Assembly (NCBI RefSeq): GCF_009834535.1
Contig: NC_045713.1
Location: 21,824,001-21,888,000, forward strand
DNA: 64,000 nucleotides
From: Camelus ferus
Taxonomy: Eukaryota
Reading direction: 5' to 3'
Part shown: in pieces, positions 49,201 through 63,079 of the stretch
Numbering within the stretch: the first letter of the stretch is position 1
Layout: every line of letters begins with the position of its first letter
Program-made: the position numbers and the translations under genes
Notes under the pieces: generated by a model
Seen by the model: only the letters and a program-made list of their open reading frames with translations
Database searches by the model: none
Told to the model about the DNA's origin: nothing

Positions 49201-51468
49201 CTAGTCCTGGAAGCGGTTGAGCAGCTCACAGGCCTTCCTCTCTAGCAGCTCTGAGATCTTCTTGACTCGCTTTTCACTGGCAGCACGGACGTAGCTGCCT
49301 GCGTCCAGCATGGCCACGCCGTCTCGTACCTCGCCCATGATGACCAGTGGGCTGTCGCCCACTGTCACGTTGGGGCAGGGGCAGGCCCGGTCCATGCCAC
49401 TCAGCGTCACCTCCAGGTACTTGGTGCCCAAGAACCTGAGGCCCATCTTGTCATCCTTAAGCACATCGTCCAGGGCCACACGAGCGATGCCGCCACTGCC
49501 TGCCTCGGGCTCCTCCAGCACCTCGGTCAGCCGGCCCACGATGGCGAAGTCGCTGCGGCACAGGCTGAGTGCCAGCTTGCTCCGGAGCCGGCAGGCCTGG
49601 CAGGGTGGTGTGCGCGGCACAGGGCAGGCATCCTCGCAGCTCTCACGGCTCTCAAAGTTGTTGCCGTTGCCCTCGCAGCCGCTGTACACGAAGGGGTGGC
49701 ACTGCTGCAGCAGCGGACTGTAGGCCCAGCGTGGCTCCCAGCCCTGGCAGGGGCCCTGCACGGCAGGCAGCACGCAGGCATCCCTGGGGCCGTGAGCACA
49801 GGCCTGTTGGCACGCCTCATAGGTCTCAAAGCCCTGGGCACTCCCTACACAGCTGCCAACCAGAAAGGTCATGCAGCCACCCCGCTGTGGGTCAAAGTGC
49901 CAAAGGACTAGGCCAGAGTCGGGGCCAACACAGGTCTGCGTGCTGGGAAGGCACTCAGCCGGGGCGGCAGGGGCCCCATCCCTGGCCAGCTCTCGCTGGA
50001 CCACGGAGAGCGGGAAGTCAGCCCGCAGCAGGCCAGCAGCATTTCGTGCGGTGCACGTGTAGAGGCCGGCATCCTCGAGCCGAGCGTTGTAAAGCACCAG
50101 CTGCCCAATGCTGGTGACCACCACATTGCCATACATCTGGTCTGGCCGCATGATCAGGTTCTCCCGCTGGTCACTCTGCTTCTCCCAGGTCACGGCAGGT
50201 GGCGGGTGGCCACTGACATCACAGTGGAGGCTGGCTGTGCCCCCCACATACACTGCCTGTGGGGAGGGGCTGCTGTAGAGGGCAGGCGGCACCAGGGCAT
50301 CCCCAGGCGTCGGGCGGGCGGTGGTCTCCGGGGGCCCTGGGCTGCTGGGTGGCCAGCTGAGGACATGCTTGCAGGGCACGACATGCAGGCGGAGGCCTCG
50401 CAGGCAGGCCTCAGCATCCATGTAACAGCGGTTGTAGTAGGTGAGGCCGTCCGAGGCGCAGGTGAAGCTGGGCTCCTTCTCACAGCGGTCACGGCAGCGG
50501 CACACGGGCTGTCCATCCCAGATGTCACAGTCGGAGCCCTGCTGCGGGCACACAAAACCTTCACAGGAGGCCGCCTGCACGGGTGCCACCTCCAGGCCAC
50601 TGTTGGGGAAGCGGGCCGCCACACAGCTCTGCAGCCCACACACGTTGGTGCAGCACTTCTCGGTGGCTGAACAGTCCTAGGGGGTGGGGGACAGCTCAGT
50701 GGACACCCTAATACCCCCAGCACGGTCAGGGGTGCATCTCCTGCTGCCTCTCCCTGAATCTCTGTTTCCCCTCTGGGAGCTGAGCAGGTTTGCAGAAGTT
50801 TGCATATCATGTTGTACAATGAACTACAGCTCCCTGGTATGCCCATCACCCATGTCATCTCATTGAACCTCATTGAATCCTTTGGTCCCCAAAGCAGATT
50901 TTTTTTTATTATTCCTGTCACACAGATGTGGACACTGAGGCTGAAGAGGACATAAAATGTGTTTAAGGCCACTTCAGTGGTGCATGGTGGGGGTGTGCAA
51001 GTCTGGGGAGTAAGGAGGGGGCCCCCAATCTTCAAACACACGAAGGCAAAGACTAGGGGTGTCTTTCCCCTGGGATCATCATACAGAGCATAGTGTGAAA
51101 CTAGCAGAACAGTGGGGAGCCCAAGGAGGGAGTGAACTCCCAGGGTTGAGTGCTGCCAGGGTCCCCTCTGCAGGCAAGGCCTGGGGCAGGGGTGAGGTCT
51201 GGGCTTCCCCCAGGCTGGCCAGAACCTCCAGACACTCTGGGCCCCTACAGTCTGCCCACCCCCCAACCGGGCCAGCAGGGATGTGCCCACTGCTCACCTG
51301 ATCCCTGATGCACTCACGCTCACAGGTGCTCTGGGCGTCCACCCAGAGGTTGGGGCTGAGCTGGTTGGGGCACACACCCGGATGGCTCCCGGGCCCTGGC
51401 GGCAGGTTGGCCCCTGAAGTCAGCCCAACCAGGAGGAGCAGCGGCAGGAGCGGCCTCGAGGCAGGCAT
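49201..51468 (-). CDS. WFIKKN1: WAP, follistatin/Kazal, Ig, Kunitz x2, NTR domain protein 1 (GASP-2), 548 aa
   Basis: Exon 1 51468-51298 (signal peptide + start of WAP) and exon 2 50676-49201, total 1647 nt. All domains are recognisable by cysteine pattern; poly(A) signal at 49145-49150 (-). Confidence 0.98.
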
Positions 51469-54400
51469 GGGGACTGTGGGACCAGGGGTGGGGGTGTGTG
51501 GCCACTAGCTCCTCCTCAGGGCCTGCCGAGCCCCACTCCCTACAGGCATCCACCCTCCCACACCTGTGGTCGGCACCCCTGCCCTCTGACCCTGGGCTCC
51601 CCTCTCTCCAGCAAGGTCGGAGCTCACGGTAGACGCTGTCCCAGGGGCTGGGTGGGTCCGGGTCTCTCCGAGCTGAGTCTGTGCATGTGGCACTGGCCCC
51701 TCCCCCGCCTGGCCCCTCTGGTCAGCTCAGGGCAGGGGGCGGGGAGAGGCGAGGAAGGCTGGGGAGGGGCCAGCACCCAGAATCACAGAGACACTGGCCA
51801 CAAGGGTCACCAAGGGGCGGAGAAGGGCTGGCTCTGGCTGGAGAGGGAGGGGGAACCCTGTAACCGGAGCCCCTCCTTCCTCCAGGCCCTGGGCTCAGGG
51901 ATGGAAAGGCCCAGGGATCAAAGCTGCCCTGTAGGAGGGGGCAGGGCTGGACAACCCCTCGGGCTCCCCTACCCCACCCCCGGGCCAGGATCTTTCCCAA
52001 AGCAGGCCTAGGCTGGCCCGCCGCCTGGAAGTCACTGTCCAGGAAGAGGTGCAGGGGCTCTGCATCCCACCTAGCAACAATGGGGTTTTGTTCCCTTCCC
52101 AGGAGTGATTCCACAACCTCCTCCATGCCGCTTCTGAAGGTCATACCCTGCCAGCAAGTTCTGGGATCAAATCTAAGCCCTTTCTGAGGGGGGGTTAACC
52201 CTCTGCAGCAGAAAGATGCCTGATGGGTGCAGCCTGGCCTTTCTCTGACCAGTTACTGACGGAGTTGGGACAGGCTGATGCATGGCAGGACTTTGCATTT
52301 AGTGAGCACCCCTCCCCAGTTCCCTGCTGAAACCCCGGTGCCCAACTTCTGGTCTAGGCCCTTCCTCAACTGATTAATAGGTGCCAAAAAAGTGAGGTCC
52401 CAGAGAAGTGGGCAGGGAGGAAATGGCCTGTGTATGCTGACCAGTCACACAGCTGTGAACACTGGAAATGTGGCCGAGGGTATCTACTTGGTCTGACTTG
52501 TGATTCTCAGTGTCCATGGCCCCGTGGGTGAGTCCTGACAGCAATCATAGGCACCTAAAAGCACCCTGAAAACAGCATGTCACAGGAGAGCTTAAGGAAC
52601 TACAGGACCCAAAGGTCTTCCCCTGCCCACTTCAGGCCCCTGCACCATGGAGCCCCTCCCAGGGATGGGGGTAGGTGGGGACATCAAATGCAGCCACGGC
52701 CATAATGTGCCCTATCCAGGGGGCTGGGGCCCCAGGAAGTGTCTGCTCTGAGACTGGATGGAAAAATGTCCTGTGACCCTGTCTGGTCCCAATGAGACCA
52801 AGAGATGCCCCAGCTGTGGAGGACACCATCAGTCCCCTGTCCTATATGGTGTCCCCAGGCATAAGGGCTTGAGGCCCAGGACACCCCTGTGGAGCCACAG
52901 CCAGAGGCAGTGGTTCCCGAGAGTGGGGGCCACTTTTAGAGGAATTGCCCCAACAGCAGCCCTGCTGGTCTCTAGGGCATCTGTCATGTCCCTGAGCTAA
53001 GCCCTGCACACCCTTTAAGCAGATGGCTCTCCCACTGAGGGTGCCAACTCCAAGACCCAGGTTCTTGCAGCTCTGGTGAGTCTTGGGGTATGGTCCTTCC
53101 AGCCCAGCACCCTCGCAGGGAGCAGTGTGAACTTGGCAATCAGGTCCTGCCCAGGCCACTAAAGAGAGCTCAATGTCCCAAGTTCTGGCCCCAGGGACAA
53201 CAAGCAACAGGTGGTCCCAGTGGCTGAGGGCTGCAGTACTGCACAGGCAGGGACAGGCTGAGGAGAGCTGCTTCCTGGCCCTCCAGGAACACAGGCAGGC
53301 CTGAAAGAAACCCGGCAGCCCTCAGGCCAGGACATGGAAGCTAAGCAGGGCAGCCATGGAGGACAAAGAATCTGCAGTGAAACCCTAACACCTACATGCA
53401 GCCATTCACTCAAAACGCAGCCTGGAGTCCAGAGCTGAATTATGTTTACTGTACAAAGAAACTAAAACCATCCAAAACAAGCCCAGGAACGGTGCAAGTG
53501 TGGACAGTAGCAAAGGGTAGTGTTGATATGGTGAGTGCAGGATCATCTATTTCCTCAAAACAAAGTTCAGAGAAGGGGCTCCTGCTGGTAGGACAGGACA
53601 GGTGGGGCCTCCTCTGCCTGACCCCTGCTGGCAGCCAGGCCTCAGCCAGACTCCCAGCTCACACGTGCTGCAGGCCCTCCCTGCCTCGCCTCCCAGAACA
53701 GCAGCACCCAGGACAGTCCCCAAGCAGGGGGTTGGGGTGGGGTATCACAGGCCAGGGAAGGGCCCATGGGCAGGAGGTAGAGTTGAGCACCAGTGTGACC
53801 AGTGGCCACGTCACCAGCCAGGTGGACGGAAGGAGGCCTGGCCTCCAGCTCAGGCTGGCTGGTGGGTCCTCGAGGAGGGGCTCAGCATCCACCACTAAGA
53901 AAAGGGTGAGAAAGGTTTGGTGACAGGTGACCTCACAGAGGGATGACACCAGGTAAGGAGCAGCTATGGGATCACACCCAAGGTCAGGAGACAGAAGCTG
54001 GCCAGAGCAGGGTCTAGACACCCTAGAAGGCAAGTGGGGTGGGCTCAGTCCAGATCTGCCCAGGGCCCGGTGGCCCCAGGGAGTACTTATCATCTATAAG
54101 TAGCTCTGTGCCTTCAACTCAGAGACGCCGAGCCAATTTCACGTAGCAACAGATGTAAACAGAACCAGAGGTGCAGAATCACGGAAGGAAGGTTGTTGGC
54201 CCCCGTGTAGGGGAGGGGGAGCTGGGGAAGGAGTTAGGGGGTGCACCCCACGTCCCCTTTTCCAAGAAACATGGAAATTCCACTCAGGTAACCTGTGAGT
54301 TGCCCTGGCTCTGAGCCCAGAGCTCCATGACACACTGGAACACCTCCAGAAGGCTGGCGGGAGCCTGAAGCTGCAGACCCACTGTGCAGACTGCTGGGGC

Positions 54401-55047
54401 CCGCACGCTCACCGCTGCCCAGAGCTACGTGGTGGGCACACTGCTCACCATGCTCAGAGAAGCCAACGAGTGTAACTGGGGAGTCCAAGGTTGCTGCCCA
54501 AAGCTTCCACATGTCCCCACTGTCCCCTACACAGCCCACACCCCCATGTGAAGTATTAGATGAATTCAGATTCAAGCTGTGATGGTGGATTCCTTCCCAT
54601 CTTTGCCTCAAATACACCCCCTCTCCCAATGTCCCAAAGCTCATCCCCATAGTCGTCACCGTGTCGTTGCATCAAGGCTTCCCTGCTGCTCCTTTAAAAA
54701 TGTACAAAAGGGGTGAACCATCTTTTACATAAATAAGAAAGGGAATCTGGCCTCTCAGTCCCCAGGGACAGCCCCTTCAAGGCTGGGGCCAGGCCAAGCT
54801 GCCTCCTGGGCTCTTCTCAGCCGCCCTTTGGAGGCCTGGACATTTCTGTCCACAATCCCGGCAGCCTGGCCCTCCCCATCCTGTGGAACTGGTTTGGCTG
54901 GGACCCCAGCCTACTAGGTGCATCCCCACGCTTCCCAGGAGGGGCTGTGTGGCCAAAGTTTTCCCTGTATACTGTGTTGGGCCCAGGCCCAGCCAGGAAC
55001 TCTCCAAAGGCGTCAGCCCTCCCAGGGCACATCAGGACAGCAGGTGA

Positions 55048-58000
55048 CTACGAGATCTTGCAGTTGCTCCGTGAGCAGTTCTGGGGTGGGCTCTGAGGGG
55101 GGCGTATGGACTTGGACCGCTTGAGGCTGTTGCCCTTGCTGCTGCCACCCCCAGCACCACTGGCCAGCGAGTAGGAGCGCCCATGCATCATGACGGCGTT
55201 CATGCCATTGGCCATTGAGAAGGACTTGAGATGGCTCTTGATAGTGACAGGCAGTGGGAGCTTGTCGATGAGGTGCACGGGGGTACAGGAAACGATGGCC
55301 CGGCAGCAAAGGTCCTGCAGGCTGAACACTGCAGATGGGAGTCAGATGATGGGGTGGTCAGACTGTGGGGAATGGGGTCAGACTGTAGAGGGGTGGGGAA
55401 GTGAAGTGCGGGGAGACACTGAGGGGCAAGCGGCCATTTCACCTGCAGATGAGCACAGGTGATGCCTGGTGGAGGCTGCGGACTGGGGAGGTCTACCAAG
55501 CTCCCAGGATTCCCTAACCTGGGTGCCCCCTGACCTTGCACCAGGCACCCTGCTCCCGTTTCCGCCCTGGAGTCACACACTGAGAGGTGCCCTGGGGAGC
55601 CAGGCAGGGACTGAGCTTCCCTTGCCATCTTGGCAGCTCCGCTCTGGTGGTACTGCTGAGCCTAAGGGACTGGGCACCAAGCGGGTGGAGGACTGGGAGG
55701 TGGGGTGGGGGTGGGGGCGGTGGTGAGCTTGGAACCTGCTCCCCTGCGGGTAGTGCTGGTAGATGGGGTGGAATCTTGGGCTTCTCTGGAGGGCAGGCCT
55801 GCAATGCCCTATGGCCCTCCCAGACCCCACCCACTGCAGCATGGCCCTGCCCCTCTGTAGTCCCACCCCATGGTCCTCCGGGGCCCCGCCCCCTGAACCT
55901 GGCCCCGCCTCACCTCGGTTGGGTCTCCAGATCTTCTCCATGCCATGCCGCATGAGCACGATGCGGGACAGCTCAGTGAAGGACTCGATGACATTGAAAT
56001 TGCACAACGGGCTGACCTCAAAGAAGGTCATGCAGTTCTTCTCCGCGTAGGCGCGTGCCTGCTCTGTCGGGACTTGCCGCTTGAAGGCCAGGTGCAGCCG
56101 GTTCCCAACCAGGATCCGGGGGACCCCGGGCGCATGCTTGGGAGGTACAGGACTCATCAGGTGCACAAACGCGGGGTGCCCGCTCTCTGCGCTGTACCCC
56201 CCAAGCAGGAGGGGCCCTCTGTTGATTCTGTGACAGGTGAGTCCCCTTGGGACACAGGACCCCCACCCTAGAGTGCCACAGAGACTCCCCACCAGGATAC
56301 GAGTACACATGCCCTAGGAAGGGGATGACCCTGGAAGGGGGTGTCCACAGAAGCACACCTACCTCATCGATCTCCTTGATCCATCGGTCAATGCCGTCGA
56401 AGGACCAGCGGTTGGTGATGTCATACACCAGAAGGATCCCCTGCAAGGGAAACTCAGGCGTTGTGAGGCCCAGGGGCCACCTGGATGGAAGGGATCTTGT
56501 TGGGGCTCTGCCCCACTTCACTCCCACCCAACACAAGAAGGACTAGGGACACTCGGGCACCAGCCAGACAGGTGTCAGGTAGACCATACAATTTACCTAA
56601 CACGGGGCAATGTGGAAAATGTGCTTTGAGCCTTCCTTTTGCATTTAAGAGGGGCTCTGTGCACAGGGCTCAGCTACCCATGTCTCCCGTCTCCTCACTG
56701 TGGCCCTTGACACCTGCCATGTGGGGTGGTGGTCTGACTGTCAGGGGTCTCCTGGGCTCAAGGCTGCCTCCTCTCTCCCCTTGGGGATTCAGAAGGGGGC
56801 ACAACTGGCATTTTTTCAACATCTTTTCCTCCAAGCACACTGTGTTACCCTGTGATCATTTAAAATTCACTTGAGCTAAGAAAGGGGCACATGGGACTAT
56901 AGTGAAGGGCAGGCCCTGAGGACAATTTTGGCAGGCAGGTGTGGGGCCATGTCCCCGACACTGTCCAACAGTGCATTCTTCCTGGGGGGTGCCAGAGGTG
57001 CTGAGCAGAGGTGTTTCTGTGGTTTCCAACCCACACTTACAGAGGACTTCAGTCACTCCAGCAGCTGCATGCGCTTTCCCATCGCATCCCTCAGAGACCA
57101 CTTACTGCACCCACCTAGCTCTCCTTGTTGTCCCTACCCTAAACATCTCAGTGGCGACCAGTCAAGAGCCTCGGGAAGGCGACTCCAGCAAGCTAGCGCA
57201 ACCCCTCGGCCCACTGCCTGTCTCTTACTCTACATTCCACTCCATAGCAGGCTCAGCCACCAAAACCCATCTGCAAGCAGGATTCACACTCCTCCCTGTA
57301 TCAGGAAGGCTTCATTCATTCAGCCCACGTTTCTATCACACACAGGGGAGGAGAAAAGTGCAGCTGAGTTTGAAGGAACAGGGCATATTCCATCTCAAAA
57401 TAAGGAATTTTAAATCCCTTCCTCTTAAAAATGCCCTTCAAATTCTGGAAGAGTAGGCCGTTAAGATGAAGATCAAGATTACTTTAAACTCCACATGTAG
57501 CTCCAGGAAGGCCCCTGGCTTGCTGGGGAGGAAGAGCTAAGCCTGGAGGGAAATCATCCACTATGGTGGGCAACAGAATATGACTGAAAAGAAATTCATC
57601 CTGTTGTCAGGGGCACAGGGACCAAAGCCCTCTCCCTGGATGCGGGGGTGGGGGTAGGGCTACTGGCCCTCCAACTCAGAAACCCTCTTCTGAGAAATAA
57701 TTGAGGTTATGTCCAAAAACCAGCCTTCACAGATGCTCATCAAAGCACTGCCCATAAAACAAAAAAACTGAGAAACAAACTAAATATGCAGCCCCCAGTG
57801 CTGCTGAACAGCTGGAGCAAGGTGCAGACTCCCCAGGCGGGCAATGTAAGTAACAGTACTTGAGAAGTACACATGCTTATCACTAGAGTGTGAGGTAACA
57901 AATGCAGATCCCAAAGTTACACAGAGGGCAGTATTTTAAAAATACAAATATAAATATACCGCTCAAAAAAGGTTTCCATGGACGTGACCACACATTGAAG

Positions 58001-61000
58001 GGCTGCATGGGGAATCATTTCTTTCTTATGCTTCCTATGTAATGTTTAAAAGCTCAAGCAAATGAGGAGAAGCCTATCTCTTGGGTTCAGGCTCCAACCA
58101 CATTCCAAGTCTGCTGGGGAGCCCCTGGTTGCCCCTCCTGTCTAGCACCAGTCTCTGTCCAGTACCACCACCCAAGTCTGACAGGTCAGGGTGACAAAGG
58201 AGTCACCAGGGGAAGGACACACACAGAGCTGATCACACTGCTGGCAGGGACCAAAATGTTCATGGACTTGGCAGGGGAAAATAGCTGTGGCGGACCACAA
58301 GCAGGATGGCTGAGAAACCAAAACGAGGCTCCTGATTAGCAGGACCACCCCTTCAGGACTCCAGAGTCAGCTGTGTGTCTCAAAGAGGCAGAAGGAGGGG
58401 CAGATAGATTGTCACTATATATATATACACACACACATATGTATATATATACTTTTTTCCTTTTTCTGGCTCAGGTTTTTAAAAGTTAGTAAGACTCTAG
58501 GGCACTTACTAACTTTTACAATAGAATAAATAGAAGCTGCTCCCCCAACCACCCACCCTGTAGCTCTCCAGGAATTACCTGCTACTCACTTTCGAGTGTT
58601 TCCCAGGCATTTCCTAACACAGACAGGGTCATGGTGCAAACTACCCTGCACCCCCAGGACTCTTTCCTAACAGTGGCCTGCACCTTGACCCAGGCTAATT
58701 AGATGGTACAGCTGCTGGCTCTCCGGTAATGGACACAGTATTATTACCACTGAGCATATACAACTCAAGCTGTAAGAGAAATTCCTCAGACATAGAATTT
58801 GGGCCTAGAAGTAGGTGCCCTTATTGTTGCCAAGGCGATTGACTGGGCTACAGTTTATATACCAGAAAATGCAGACTTTAGGTTCGATGAATTTGGGCAA
58901 ATGTCCTGAGGAACTATCATCCCAATCAAGGCACAGAGGTGTCATTTTTTATTAAATTTATTTTGGAATGTGTCATGCACTTATGTAGTCAAGCTTCCAA
59001 GGAATAAGAGGCTGTGGCTGGAAGCATCTGCCCCACAAGCACCAGGCCCTGCCCAGAAGCACACACACTGGAAAGGGGAGTGCACGCCCCTTACCTGGCA
59101 GAGACAAGTGGCTACTGGTACCCTGGTCAGCACCCACCTGATGCCCAGCACACACCAGACCATTCTCATGTGAACCTAAAACCCATTTTCAGAAAACTGA
59201 TCCATTCTGCTCCCTCCAAGAAAGAGACAAGTGCCTGGCCAAACTCTCCCTGGTACTGGTCTGGCTGACCCCAAACCCCCAACTAAACAGAATGTTGCCT
59301 ACCCCTGGCTCCCTCCACACATCCAGCCTGGGGGAACCGCACAGGGGCTGGCTCTCCCGCAGCAGTAGTAAAAGCCACAAGACAGTCCTGTGTAGCACAG
59401 GCGACAGCAGCCAGGAGTTGGCTGGTGGCTTTTGTGACCTGGGTCCTGAGGGACTGACTGCAAGGCCTCTCTGGTCTTCACTGAGGGTGGGAGGGTGACA
59501 GGAAATACAAAACCTGACTTGGAAAGGTTTTGCTAGTCTGTATGATCAGGGGCTTTGCAAAGCCCCTTGCTGAAAGATCTGGAAAACACCTTCACCTCCA
59601 CTGCCACCTGCCAAGCAGGATGGAAACGGATGGCCAAGCACTGATAATTCAGTAGGAGGACCCAAGGAAACCAGCCCCACCCCCAACCCCAGGCCTGAGA
59701 TGTGCACTCGGGCTCCTCCAGCAAATGTCCTGAGGAACTACCATTCCAATCAAGGCACAGAGGTGTCTTCTTGCTTTTGGGCTCCGCCAGCCCAGAAGCA
59801 ACAGGAACCTCCAGAATGAGCACAGAATTCAGCATAAGGATGCAAGGATGCATACACACCAACTGTCCTGGCTGCTTTGGAGAGAATGTGGACGTGGTAA
59901 CAGTATCCCTTCCCCAAAGTGTGTGCTCTGGCCATTGCCCAGGCTGTCAGATGTGTCCTCTGTCAGTCCCCGGTCCACTCTGCATTTACACTCAAAGCAA
60001 GCGGACAGCTGAGCCCACTTAGGTTTAATCTCCCAGGGCCTTTCTCAATATTTCCCAATCACCCTCTGTTATCATAACCCAAGGCAACTACTCCCTTTAT
60101 CTCTCCATTTTTCATTATAAAAGTTGACGGGTGTGTCGCAGAAAAACTGAGAAATATTCAAAATCAAAGGGAAGACAACAGAATTTATCAGTGGTCCAGA
60201 GATAATGGATACCACCCCTCAGAATTTAGCTTTCTCACCTCCTCGTATGTATAAATTCATGCACGCAGTCCCTCCTTTACAAAAAGAGGGCCCGTGGGAC
60301 ACACTCTTGGCACATGAGCTCTCCCATGTGTCTTCTGAGGACACTGGGCTGTGAGGAAGTTCTCCTTACTCAATCTCACATCTGGTGCAATCTGCACCCT
60401 GAGCACTTCTGTCTTTCTGATCATTTAAGATCAGCTGTTCCAGGTGGAAGTGCCAGGTTAAGCACCAGCTCCGAAGGCTCCTGATACTGGGCACACACTG
60501 AGGGATGGAGCTGGTGGACAGGCAGCACCATCGTCCACACCTCTGCAGGAGCTCCCAGGATGGAGCCGCCAAGCCTAGTCCAAGTCTCCCCGGCCTCTCG
60601 CCACATCTGCGAGGCTCTGGCTCAGGAAGGCCCTGGGGAAAGGCTGGTAACATCAACACCTAAGCATACTGAGTCCAAGCCCTACTGCAGACTTTTGCCT
60701 GGCTCCTGCCCAGGTTCCATGGAGCAGAAAGAACAGCAAGATGGAGAGGTGCCTGGGCACCTGGAGACGTCATCGATTCCTGCTCACAAAGCCCTAACCA
60801 GGCTGCCCCCGTTCCTGCTGAGTGCATCCCTACACAGCCCCATAGGCCCAAATGCCTCCTCCTCACACAAGTGTGATCCTGGCAGATCATCCCGCCTAGG
60901 GGTCAGGGCTGGGCAGGGCTGACTGCAGGGGTCTCCACAGCAATTCCAGAAGCTGTAGGCCCACCCTGTGTCACAGGCAGGACTGGTCCCCAGACCTCGC

Positions 61001-62367
61001 ATGCTGGAGCAGTGAGTCGACAGCGGGTCTGTTCACACAATTGCTTCATGCCCTCCCTCCAGGGACGAATCGCTCACAGATTTGGTCAGCACGCAAGTAT
61101 GCCGTGGGGGGCCCAGGAGACACAAAGAGGGACGAGCAAATCCTCATGTGCCCCTCAGTCCCCACACACCCAAGCAAGTCCCCACACCCCAAGCAAACCC
61201 CCACATTCCCCAGTGAGCCCCCTGGGACAGCCTCCACCTCTGGCTCCCTGCCGACACCCTGCCCGCCTAGGACCTGCAGTAATCCCTCCCAGCCCTTCCC
61301 ACTGCGAGTGGCTTGGACTCAAAGTCCCCGCAGCCTGATTAGTGATCCAGCCCAGCTGGCCCTGGGAGCCCTTGCCCTGAGACCAACCTGGCTTCCCCAG
61401 CAGCCTCCTCACTCACTCAGCAAGTGGAGAAGTCACCTCGAGTGAACCAGGTGATGGGGGACATCTCTACAGTATGGGGTCCCAGCATACCTCCTGCAGC
61501 AGCTCTGGGCAGTGGGGGCCACAGGAGCCCGCAAAGACACAGAGCTGGCTGTGGGGCCCTGGCGCCCTCTGACAGCTGAGGCCTCTCCAATAGAGGGCAA
61601 CCTTGTTTGGGCTCTTGGATGGAAGCCTAATGTTCGAATATCAAAACTTCTTGGGAAAGAATCCTGCAAGTGGGGTATCAGGTGGCCAACAAGCATAAGG
61701 AGAGTGGCCCCGCTGGAGAACAGCCCTGGCAGCACCCCTGGTCTTACCTGTGCGCCCCTGGAGTAGGACCTGAAGATGGTGCAGAACCTGCCCTGGCCCG
61801 ACGTGTCCCTGAAACAAAGGAGGATTGGGGATACAGCCCGAGGGACCCCAGCATGCACCGTGTGATCCCTGCAAGGCACTCGCCACCCATTCCTATCCTG
61901 CTCTGTGGGCCTGGGCACTCTGGAAGACTGTCCTGCGGGACTGGAGAACCTCAAACCTGTGCAAATTTACATCTCGACTTTGAGGCTCTGGAAATGCCCT
62001 TAACGTGGAGCTTAGCAAAGGCTGTGGAGATAGGGCCAGGGCCCCTGTGGAAATGAGTCTTTAAGGGCAAAAGGGAGCTAAGCTCTGTCAAGACAAGCAG
62101 CCCCAGACTGTCTGGGTCCTGCACTGCACTCCACTCCACATTCGCACGGTGGCAAGTGTTAACAGCTACTCTAAGGGACACGTAAATAGGGGTTCTTTCT
62201 GCTTCTTTAAGGATTCCCGACTTACTTTGCCAGGCATCCTGGCCCCACACAACAACTGAAGAGCAGTAGCCCCGCCCCGGGCACCTCAGTTGCACCACGG
62301 ACTCACCAGAGCTCCAGCTTGACCCGCCGGCCGTCCAGAAGGATGGTGGTGGTCTTGTAGTCGATCC
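55048..62367 (-). CDS. RAB40C: Ras-related protein Rab-40C, exons 2-6 (exon 1 beyond the window end)
   Basis: Exons 62367-62307, 61808-61748, 56440-56363, 56136-55914, 55328-55048. [43 protein letters not shown] box [11 protein letters not shown]-terminus SNCKIS*. Confidence 0.97.
58416..58452. repeat. Compound (TA)n(CA)n(TA)n microsatellite
   Basis: TATATATATATACACACACACATATGTATATATATAC read directly. Confidence 0.85.
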
Positions 62368-63079
62368 CTGCAAGGAAGCAGAGGGCAACTGAAGGAGCGC
62401 CATCTGGCCAGGGCCCAGCCCCTGCAGCCAAGCAGAGTTGTGGCTCCAGCCCAGCGACCCCATATGGCTGCCCTCACGTCATCCCAGAGGCCTGTGCTGG
62501 TGCCGATGGCACTGGCCAAAGGGAAGGCGGCCAGGCTGGGAACCAAACTTCAGGATAGCTACTCGGCTTTCTGAGTTCTTGGGTCCATTATAACTTCCAG
62601 GTCCTCACACTAGAGCATGCCTGGAGCACTGTCAAGGGTAAGGTAATTTCTAAAATGCCACTTCTCTGGAGCACTCTCTGGAGAATCTCTGCTTGCCATA
62701 TCTTTAGTTTTTACTTTTTTATACTTTTATGCAAAAAAAAAAAAAAAAAAGTCAGTCCAAGAAAGGTTGGTGGGAGCGGAGGCAGTGCTGGACATTTTAC
62801 CTTACATGTAAGATCTTCAGCTGGTTTATGGGACATCACAAAACTTCCTAAAAGCTGTCTTTCCTCCTCCTCTCTTAAGCCTTAAAAATTTCATCAGTTT
62901 CTTGGCTGTTTACCACACTTGTTCCAAGAAGGCTTGGAAATAGGTACTTTTAACGTGGATACTGCTCTCACACATTGTGTATGTGTATGCAAAGCCAACC
63001 TTAGAGCGCTGCATGTGTGGCTGCTACCACGATGGTCCTTCCACCTGGCTGACTTCTAACTTTGTGTCAAAACCTGGCT

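Noticed and set aside
49569-50670. Several + strand ORFs opposite WFIKKN1 exon 2
   Set aside because: Shadows of a long GC3-rich coding exon.
62396-62410. CTCF-like motif TGGCCAGATGGCGCT (minus strand)
   Set aside because: The 3' core matches but the 5' conserved positions do not align; too weak without ChIP data.
62733-62750. A18 run in RAB40C intron 1 as a possible retrocopy tail
   Set aside because: No recognisable processed mRNA or SINE body upstream, and no target-site duplication seen.
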